From: the human T2T-CHM13v2.0 reference genome, Homo sapiens
Direction: 5' to 3' (one strand)
Assembly (NCBI RefSeq): GCF_009914755.1
Contig: NC_060947.1
DNA: 64,000 bases
Within the stretch, counting starts at the first letter, position 1; every line of letters begins with the position of its first letter. Below the pieces are notes generated by a model. It saw only the letters and a list, made by a program, of their open reading frames with translations, was not told the DNA's origin and made no database searches. The translations under genes were made by a program, and so were the position numbers. Shown piece after piece: positions 53,373 to 64,000 of the stretch.

Positions 53373-54795
53373 TGAGAGGTGACAGCATGCTGGCAGCCCT
53401 CACAGCCCTTGCTCACTCTCGCGCCTCCTCTGCCTGGGCTCCCACTTTGGCGGCACTTGAGGAGCCCTTCCGACCGCTGCTGCACTGTGGGAGCCCCTTC
53501 CTGGGCTGGCTGAGGCCGGAGCTGACTCCCTCAGCTTGCAGGGAGGTGTGGAGGGAGAGGCGCGAGCGGGAACTGGGGCTGCGCAACGCGCTTGCGGGCC
53601 AGCTGGAGTTCCAGGTGGACGTGGGCTTGGCGGGCCCTGCACTGTGGGCTGGATGGCCCCGCCGGCCTGGGCAGTGAGGGGCTTAGCACCTGGGCCAGCA
53701 GTTGCTGTGCTCAATTTCTTGCCAGGCCTTAGCTGCCTTCCCGCGGGGCAGGGCTCAGGACCTGCAGCCCGCCATGCCTGAGCCTCCACCCTCCTCCGTG
53801 GGCTCCTGTACGGCCGGAGCCTCCCTGACAAGCGCTGCCCCCTGCTCCCCGGCTCCCAGTCCCATCGACCACCCAAGGGCTGAGGAGTGCGGGCGCACAG
53901 CGTGGGATTGGCAGGCAGCTCCACCTGCAGCCCCAGTGCGGGATCCACTGGGTGAAGCCAGCTGGGCTCCTGAGTCTGGTGGGGACGTGGAGAACCTTTA
54001 TGTCTAGCTCAGGGATTGTAAATACACCAATCGGCAGTCTGTATCTAGCTCAAGGTTTGTAAACACACCAATCAGCACCGTGTGTCTAGCTCAGGGTTTG
54101 TGAATACACCAATTGGCATTCTGTATCTAGCTCAAGGTTTGTAAACACACCAATCAGCACCCTGTGTCTAACTCAGGGTTTGTCAATGCACCAATTGACA
54201 CTCTCTATCCAGCTACTCTGGTGGGGACTTGGAGAACCTTTGTGTCTAGCTCAGGGATTGTAAATGCGCCAATCAGCACCCTGTCAAAACAGACCACTCG
54301 GCTCTCTGTAAAATGGACCAATCAGCAGGATGTGGGTGGGGCCAGATAAGAATAAAAGCAGGCTGCCCGAGCCAGTAGTGGCAACCCGCTGGGGTCCCCT
54401 TCCAGACTGTGGAAGCTTTGTTCTTTCACTCTTTGCAATAAATCCTGCTGCTGCTCACTCTTTGGGTCCACACTGCCTTTATGAGCTGTAACACTTAGCG
54501 CGAAGGTCTGCAGCTTCGCTCCTGAAGCCAGCGAGACCACGAACCCACCGGGAGGAACGAACAACTCCAGACGCGCTGCCTTAAGAGCTGTAACACTCAC
54601 CGCGAAGGTCTGCAGCTTCACTCCTGAGCCAGCGAAACCACGAACCCACCAGAAGGAAGAAACTCCGAACACGTCCGAACATCAGAAGGAACAAACTCCA
54701 GACGTGCCACCTTAAGAGCTGTAACACTCGCCGCGAGGGTCCGCGGCTTCATTCTTGAAGTCAGTGAGACCAAGAACCCACCAATTCCGGACACA
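53373..54795 (+). mobile_element. LTR12C (ERV9) solo LTR, 1423 bp, 4-bp TSD
   Basis: Starts TGAGAGGTGACAGC, ends CCAATTCCGGACACA; ~41-bp CCAAT repeats; U5 repeats GAGCTGTAACACTC; ATAA on both sides. Confidence 0.96.
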
Positions 54796-54967
54796 ATAAC
54801 ATACCCTTTCCCTCTTTCCCTCTATAGTCTACTCTCAACACAGAAGCCAGTGAGATCCTGTTAAACCATACACCACATGATTTCATGCCTCTGCTCAAAA
54901 TCATCTCTTGGCTTCTCATCAACCATAGTGAATGCCAAAGGCCTCACAATGATCTAGAAGACACTAC

Positions 54968-55147
54968 ATCATGAGTTTCCAAAATTGGCTCCACATTGGA
55001 GCCATCTAGGGAGTTTTAAAAAATACTGGTGTCTGGGGCTCAAGCCCAGAGGTTCTGGTTTAATTGGTCTGGGATGCAGCCTGGGTGTGGAGAGTTTAAA
55101 AAGCTCCCCAGGTGAATCTAGGTATAGCCAAGGCTGAGAACCACTGT
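54968..55147. mobile_element. MER5A
   Basis: TTTAATTGGTCTGGG...AAAAGCTCCCCAGGTGA...GGCTGAGAACCACTG. Confidence 0.85.
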
Positions 55148-58100
55148 CCACATGATCTGTCTCTATCATCACCCCTACCTCTCTGACTTCGTCTCCTACT
55201 ATCTCACTCCCCTTCCCATTCACTCTGCTCTAGCCACTTTTCTTGCTATTCTTCAAACGGTGCAGGCTAATGAGGTGTCAGCACACTCCTACTTGAGTGC
55301 ATTTGCACTTACTGTTCCTACTGCATTGGATGCTTTTTCTCTAGCCACCTGTGTTTATACCTCCCTCACTTCATTCAGATTCCTGCTTACATGTCACCTT
55401 CTCAGAGAAGCCTTCCCTGATCACCCCAGATAAAATAGTACCTCCCATCACTTCCATTACTTTCTGACCAACAATTATTCTGCTTCATTTTCCTTATAGC
55501 ACTCATAATTACCAGGCATATTATTTATTTATTCATTCATTTGATTATTTGTCTGTCTCCTTTCACTAAGATGTCAACTCCATGAGTGAAGGGGCTTTAT
55601 TTGTTGCTGTATCCTCAGCATTTACAGCAGTGCTTGGCATATAGTAGATGTCTAATAAAGGTTTATTGGATAAATAAATAAAAGTAGTAAAAAAAAGAAG
55701 CTTGAGAATCAGACCCATATAGATTGGAATTCCCAGCTTGGCTCTTTCTAGCTCTATAACCTTGGGCCATTTATTAAACCCTTCTGATCCTCAGTTTCCT
55801 CAGCTGTTAAATGGGCCTAGAGATGCCGATTTCATAGGGTTTTCGTATAGACTGATTGTTCAGGACCAGTTGATAGATTGTTCTAGTGGTGGCAGGGCAG
55901 TCCACCTACACCCTAGTTCTTCCTTAATGATTTTTAAAGCATTTCACTTTGAAATAATTATGAATTAATAAGACATTGCAAAAATAGGACAGAGAGATAT
56001 AAGCAAAAATGACAGAGTAAGCACCTATGAAAATTCCTTCCCTTCATTAAAATAAATAAAACACTAATAAAAATGATCAGGATCAACTTTTTCAAGACTG
56101 AAAATTAAGCAAAAGGTTATAGCAATCCAGGGGGTGTTTATTCAAGAAAAGAGACTGAATCTTGATAAGAATTGTGAGCTTTATGTCATTTTAACTTGAC
56201 TTATCCCCATCCACCCTCCCCAGATCCACAGTAGCCTTGAAAATAAACAGCCTTAAATCACAGTGTGCACAAGCAGACTGGCAACCATTGAAGAAGGAAG
56301 AACAGGATTAGAGTCCTTGTCATTCCCAGAGAATTGTCATTACATGCATGTCTTATGGTTCTCATGATGACACCACTTGCAAGGCTTGTCTTGGTCTTCA
56401 TTGCTTTTGCTAAAAGTAATCAGTGGCAATTGTTTAACATCATGGCTGCCTGAGGTGGTGGATGCTATTAGAGCAAACAATAGACCAACCAAAAAGCTTA
56501 AAAGGAAAAGCTGGTGAATGAGGTATCCATAGAGGGCCTGGAAAAACCCTGACGTATTTCTGGAAATCCAGAAGGCCACACAGGGCTGTGCATATGCTCC
56601 TGAAAACTGAGAAGGCTCTGAGCTCTCCTCTCTGGTTGACTTTGAGGCTCTGCACAAGCAAGAGTGCTAAGGTGGAGTTGTAAGCTTTCTGGCTAAGTTT
56701 TGAATGTGTGCTCTCAATATGCACACAGAACCCTTTGGCAAAGACTGGGAGACATGATTTACAGACATTTAAGAAAATCTCTGTCCAATCATTAGCTGAC
56801 ACTAAGCTATACAAGTAGAAATTTCAATGGCCACACATGACAAAGAATACAGATTTTATAGAATTGATTCAGAAAACTCACTAAACAAGGAAATAGCAGC
56901 AATAACAACAACCCCTGGTGAAAGAGGGCAGTCTGGTTTTCATAGCTGCAATATCATGTTATTTAAAATATTCAGTTTTCAACAAAAGTTATGAACACAA
57001 AAAGAAACAAGAAAGTATGGTCTATAAAGTCCAGGTATTGGACTTTACTAGACAAATACTTTTATCTTGTACATTTATAATATGTTCAAAGAACTAAAGG
57101 AAACCAAATCTAAATAATTAGAGGAATATATAACAACAATGTCTCACCAAATAAGGGATATAAAAATAGATTATATAAAAGAACCAAATAGAAATTCTGG
57201 AGGTGAAAAGTACAATAAGTGAAATGAAAGATTCACTGGAAGGAATCAACAACAGATTTGAGTAGGTGGAAGAATAAGCAAACTTGAAGATAACCTTAAT
57301 TAAGGTTATCTAGTTTGAAAAGCAGAATGATAAAAGAATGAAGAAAAATGAACAGAGCCTTAAAGACCTGTGTAAAACCAGCAAGCATACCAACTGCTCA
57401 TGATGGGAGTCCCAGAAAGATAGGTGAGAGAGAAAGGGGTAGAAAGAATATTTGGAGAAATAATGGCTGAAAACTTCCCAAATTTGATGAGAAACAATAG
57501 TCTACACATCTAAGAAACTCAGTGAACTCTAAATAGAAAAACTCGGAGAGGTCCAAGCCTACACACATTGTAAGCAAACAGTCAAAAGCCAAAGCCAAAG
57601 ACAGAATTTTGAAAGCAGCAAGAGAAAAGTGGCTCATTGTGTAAAAGGAATCCTCGATAAGATTAAAAGTTGATATCTCATTAAAAGCACTGGAAATCAG
57701 AAAAGACTGGGATGATATATTCACAGTTTTAAAAGAAAATGGCTTTCAAACAAAAAATTCTATATGCAGTAGAACTATCCCTCAAAAAATGGAGAAAGTA
57801 AAATGTTCCAAGATAGACAAAAACTGAGAAAATCCATCATTACCAGACTTGCCCTATAAAAAATATTAAAGAGAGTAATTCAGGTGTAAATGAAAGGACA
57901 ATAGACAATAACTTGAACCAACATGGGTAAAGAGCAGTGTTTTTGTTTGCAATGTTTTTCCCCCATCTGATTTTAATAAAAATTAAAAATCTGTGTGATG
58001 GGCATGCAATGTATAAAGATATAATCTATATGATAATAAAGTATAAGGGAGGGAATAAGGCTATAGAGAGAAGTTTTTGTATACTGTTGAAATTAAGTTT

Positions 58101-58611
58101 GTATTAATCTGAACTAGATTATTATAAACAAAGATGTTAATTATAATCCCCAAGGCAATGAATAAGAAAATAACTTTAAAAAGTAGCAAAAAAATGATAA
58201 GGAGATTAAAATTTTCTGGTACAGCCCCTAAAATAAGTATACCAGAAAATGTCTATTTAACCCAAAAAAGGGAGTAATGGAGGAATAGAGTAAAAACACA
58301 TAAGATGTATGGAAAACAAATGACAAAATAGCAAATATAATCCTACCATATCAGTAATTACATTAAAATTAGATCACACCTCCTATTTAAAAGGAGAGAT
58401 TGGCAAAATGGATTAAAAACACGATCTATTTATGTGCTATATACAAGAAATACACTTTAGATTCAGACAGACACAGATAGGTTGAAAGTAAAAGGATGGA
58501 GAAAGATACCAATGCATATGGTAACTAAAAGAGAGCTAGAATGGCTATACAAATATAAGACAAAATATACTCGAAGATAAAACTTGTTCTATAGATAAAT
58601 AGGAATATCTT

Positions 58612-58945
<334 letters not shown>

Positions 58946-59249
58946 TGATAAAATTATTGATCCATCAAGAAGATACAGCAATTATAAACATATGCATCTA
59001 AATATATGAATCAAAAACTATCAGAATTGAAGAAGAAAAATAGATAATAATAGTTGAAGATTTAAATACCTTACTTTTCATAATAGATAGACAGAAAGTC
59101 AGCATCTAAATAGAAGATTTGAATGACATAAATCAGCTAGACCTAGCAAACAATTTTAGCAAGGTTGTAGCATAGAAGATCAATATAAAAATTTTTATCT
59201 CTACACACTTGCAGTAACAATCCAAAAATAGAATTAAGAAAACAGTTCT

Positions 59250-59329
59250 CCAGGAGGCAGAGCTTGCAGTGAGCCAAGATAGTGCCACTGCACTGCAGCC
59301 TGGGCGAAAGAGCGAGACTCTGTCTCAAA

Positions 59330-59354
<25 letters not shown>
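59250..59354 (+). mobile_element. Severely 5'-truncated AluY-like insertion with perfect 14-bp TSD
   Basis: GAGCTTGCAGTGAGCC diagnostic; AAGAAAACAGTTCT at 59236-59249 and 59355-59368. Confidence 0.92.
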
Positions 59355-59361
<7 letters not shown>

Positions 59362-60308
59362 CAGTTCTATTTACAATAGTATCAAAAAAAATACTTAGGA
59401 ATCTACAAAATATTACAAGACTGAATACTATATAACACCAAATGAAAAATTGAGCAATATCTAAATAAATGGAAAGACATCCCATGTTCCTGGATAAGAA
59501 GACAATATTGTTAAGATGGCAATAATCACCAAATTGATATACAGATTCAACATAATCCCTATCAAAATCCTAGCTACCAATTTTTATTTTTTGCAGATAT
59601 TGACAAACTGGTCCTAAAATTCAACTGGAAACACAAAGAAACAAGAATAGCCAGAACAATCTGGGAGGGAAAAAGTGTTGATTATTTGAAACTTTCCAAT
59701 GTCAAAACTTGCTACAAAGCTACAGTAAATCAAGATTTGTGCTACTGGCATAAAGATAGACATACAGATGAATCAAATAGAATTCAGAGTCTAGAAATAG
59801 ACCCATACATGTATGTTCAATTGATTTTCAACAAAGATGACAAGACCATTCAATGGGGAATGAATAATCTTTTCAACAAATGGTTCTGGCACAAATGGAT
59901 AGCCACATGCAAAAGAATTTGGATCTCTACCTCACACCATATACAAAAATTAAGTCAAAATGGATCAAAGACTAAATTTAAGAGCTAAAACTATAAAACT
60001 CTTAGCAGAAAACATAGATGTAAAACTTCTTGATCTTGGATTAGATGACAGTTTCTTAGACAAGACACCAAAAGGACAAGCAACAAAAGGAAAAAGCAGA
60101 CAATTGTACTTTTTCCAAATAAAGAGCTCTATGCTTCAAAGAATACTATTAGGAAAGTGAAAAGACAATTCACAGATTGTGAGAAAATGTTTACATATCA
60201 TATACCTGATAAGGGCCTACCATCCAGAATATATAAAAACTTTTAAAAGTCAACAATAAAAAGGCCACAGGTTTTAAATGGGCAAAGAATTTGAACACAT
60301 ACACACAC

Positions 60309-60345
<37 letters not shown>

Positions 60346-62004
60346 CTCCAAAGAATATATACACATGACCGATAAGCATATGAAAAGATGCTCAACATCA
60401 TTCGTCATTACTGAAATACAACTCAAAACAACAATGAGATACCAATTCACACCCACTAGGATGGTTATAATAAAAACGTGAGTTAATAATAAATGTTGGA
60501 AGGGATACAGAAAAATTCAAACCATCATACTTTGCTGGTGGAAATGTAAAATGGTGCAGAGTTTTTGGAAAATGGCCTGGCCATTCCTCAAAATGTGAAA
60601 AATAGGAAAATTCATAGAGACAGAAAGTAAATTAGCAATCGCCAGGGGCTGAGGGTTTGGAGAAAAAGAGGAATGACTGCTAACAGGTACTGAATTGCCT
60701 TTTGAGGTGATGAAAATGTTCCAGAATTAAATAGTGATGATATTTGTGTACAACATTATAAACATACTAAAAAAATACTGAATTGTACAATTTAAAGAGG
60801 GAATTTCATGGTATAGACATCATTTCTCAATAGAAATTGCATAAGAAAAAAGCGTACAGGGAGGTTCCATTTATCCTTTAGTCAGTGTTCCCCAATGGTT
60901 ATATCTTACATAATTATAGTACAATATCAAATCCAGGAATTTGACATTGATATAATGTGTACACACAGTTCTATGTCATATTATCACAAGTAGGTTTGTG
61001 TAACCACCACCCCAATCAAGACACAGAACTCTTCCAACACCACAAATATCTCCCCCATGCTACCTCCTTATAGTCATATTCATCCCCCTTCACTCCACCA
61101 TCCCTAACCCCTGGCAACCACTAATCTACTCCCCAACGCTACAATTTTGTTATTTTGAGAATGTTGGATAAATGGAATCATAGAGCATGTGAACTTTGAG
61201 ATTGGCTTTTATTACTGAGCATAATTGCCTAGAGATTCATCCATGCATGTATCAAGATTTTGTTTTTTTTTTCATTGATGGGCACTATTCCATGGTATGG
61301 ATGTACCAGTTTGTTTAATCACTCACCTGCTTAGGGTCATTTTGGTTATTTTCTGTTTTGGGCTATTACAAATAATGCTGCTACGAACAATTATGCACAG
61401 GTTTTTTGTCTGAACAACTTTTCCTTTCTCTAGGATAAATGCCCAGGAGTGTAATTGATGGGTTCTATGGTAGGTATATGTTTAGTTTTATAAGAAACCA
61501 CCATACCATTTTCCTGAGTGGCTATAACATTATATATTCCCATACCATCAATGTATGAGATTTAGTTCATCTTCACTCTCACCAGCATTTTGTATTGTTA
61601 TTATTTTTTATTTTAGCCATTCTAGTAGGTGTGGAACAGTATCTCATTGTGTTCTTCATTTGTATTTCCCTAATGGCTACTAATGTTGAACATCTTTTCA
61701 TGTGCTTATTTGCCATCTGTATCTCTCCAGTGCAATGTTTCTTCATGTCTTTTGCCTATTTTCTAAGTGGACTTTTTTTTTTTTTAGTTTTACTATTGAG
61801 TTTTGAGACTTCTTAATATATTCTAGATATGAGTCCTTTGTCACATATATGGCTTGCAAATATTTTCTCTCCCAGTGGAACTTGTTCTTTAGTCCTCTTT
61901 ACAGGGATTTTGTTGAGCAAAATATTTTAATTTTGATGAAGTTCAATTTGTCCATGTTTTCTGTAATGAATTGTGCTTTTGATGTTGCTTTTAAGAACTT
62001 TTAA

Positions 62005-62344
<340 letters not shown>

Positions 62345-64000
62345 CTGTTTTCTTTTAAAAGTTGTACAGTTTTACATTTTACACTTAAGTCTGTGGTCCA
62401 TTTTGAGTTAATTTTTGTGTAAAGTGTGAGGTTTAGGTCAAGGTTTATCTTTTTTTGCCTATGAATGTTCAGTTGCTTCAACACCATTTGTTGAAAAGGT
62501 AATCTTTCCTCCACTGAAATGCTTTTGCATCTTCATCAAAAATCAGTTGGGCATATTTGTGTGTCTATTTCTGGGTTCTCTATTCTGTTTCATTGATGTA
62601 TATGTCTATTTCTTCACCAATACCACATGTTTTTGATTACTATACCTGTATAATAAATCTTGAGGTCGGGTGGAGTGATTCTTCTAAATTATAGCTATTG
62701 TAACTCCTTGGCCTTTCCATATGAATTTTAAGACAATATTTTTATATTTACAAAAAATCTTTCTGGTATTTTGATAGAAATTGCATTGAATCTAATTTCA
62801 ATTTGGTAAGAATTGACATCTTTACTATGTTGAGTCTTAGAATCTATGAACACTGTGCCTCTCCATTTATCTAGATCTTTGATTTCTTTCATCAGCATTT
62901 TGTAACTATCAGTATACAAATCTTGTACATATTTTGTTAGATTTATATCTAAGTATTTTTTGAGTGATTTTTAGTGGTACTATATTTTTAGTTTTTACGT
63001 CCACATATTCATGATTAGTGTTTAGAAATACAACTGATTTTTATAAGTTGATCTTGTATCCTAAGACCTTGCCAAAGTCACTTACTAGTTCTAGAAGGTT
63101 GTGTTTTGTTTGCTTTTAGATTTGTTGGCAATTTTGTATGTCAACCATTGTATCAATTGTGCAGGCTACAAGTTTCAGTACTATGTTGAATAAGAGGGAT
63201 AAGAGTGTGTGCATCCATGCTTTGTTTTCTATCATAGGGAGAAAGTAGTTTGTCTCTCATCAAATATGATTTTAGCCATAAGTTTTTGGTAGATGATCTT
63301 TATCAAATTGAGAACATGCGTCTATTTTTAGTTATCTGAGAGTTTTTAAAAATCTCGAATGGATACCAAATTCTGTCAAATGCTTTTGATGATTCATTGA
63401 TGTGACTATGTGATTTTTATTGTTTTGCCTGCTAATGTGGAGAATCACATTGATTGATTTTCAAATATTGAACCAGCCTTGCATGGCTGGAATAAACTCC
63501 ACTTTGTTAAGGTCTATAATTCTTTTTCAATACTGCCGAATTCAATTTGTTAATATTTGGTCACAGATTTTGCTTCCACATTCATAAGGATTATTGATTT
63601 GTAGTTTTCTTTTTTTGTACGGTCTTTGGTTTTGACATCCGGGTAATACTGGCTTCATAAAATGAGTTAGGAAGTACTTTCTCCTCTTCTATTTTCAGAA
63701 AGAGATTGTACAGAATTGGTGTTAATTTTTCTTAAATGCTTGATAGAATTCTCCAGTGATATCATTTCAGCCTGGAGATTTCCTTTGGGGTAAGTTTTTA
63801 ATCACAAATTCAATGCATTTAATAGTTATAAGGCTAATCAAGTGATCTCTTTCATATTGGGTCAGTAGTGGTAGTTTGTGCTTTTCTAGGAATTGACCCA
63901 TTTCATCTAAGTTGTCAGATGTATGAGTTTAAAGTTGTTCACAGTATTCCCTTTTCATACCTTTGATAGGTTCATGGTTTATAGTGATATCCTTTATTTC

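Larger units (their letters stand above)
52394..54801 (-). mobile_element. Internally deleted MST (MSTB-like) MaLR provirus: LTR ~52394-52958, internal ~52958-53265, partial second LTR ~53275-53372
   Basis: AGACTGGGCAATTT...TTTATTTCTCATAATTCTGGAG; duplicated GAGTTTTGGAGGGGACATTCAA; internal CATTCCAAAAGGGAGAAAT; flanks CACCC/TACCC. Confidence 0.85.
52320..55680 (+). mobile_element. L2 LINE hosting the MST/FRAM/LTR12C/MER5A nest
   Basis: CCTAACTGAACTCCCTGCTTCCACCC resumes at ~54807 (TATAGTCTACTCTCAACACAGAAGCCAG); 3' end GTGCTTGGCATATAGTAGATGTCTAATAAA. Confidence 0.85.

Noticed and set aside
54001-54283. Regularly spaced ~41-bp repeats resembling a CRISPR array
   Set aside because: No unique spacers or cas genes; these are the known LTR12/ERV9 U3 enhancer repeats
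59686-60160. ORFs with L1 ORF2-like peptides
   Set aside because: Fragments of a dead, frameshifted L1, not a host gene

Overview
Non-coding primate genomic DNA, human-like because it carries AluJ/S/Y and LTR12C. I cannot support any protein-coding exon, RNA gene or prokaryotic-type system. The supplied ORFs are translations of microsatellites, transposon relics or GC-rich non-coding DNA. Bases 1 to ~55.9 kb are GC-rich and dense in ancient MIR/L2/CR1 and hAT relics. This part holds a CpG-rich patch (~13.5-14.1 kb) next to a compound (AC)24-(GCAGCC/GCA) repeat with a strong minus-strand splice donor, a candidate first exon of an unidentified transcript, plus several homeodomain/E-box motif clusters. 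The last ~8 kb is AT-rich nested L1. The most notable structures are: a full-length MIR3 flanked by a nearly intact 16-bp direct repeat containing TAATTAA; a ~260-bp copy of nearby DNA inserted into a TA microsatellite; two recent tandem duplications (87 bp perfect, 71 bp with 1 mismatch); a hairpin micro-inversion inside an Alu; and a multi-level L2>MST>LTR12C/FRAM nest. Repeat subfamily calls are from memory of consensus sequences, and boundaries of old elements are approximate. The locus was not identified.
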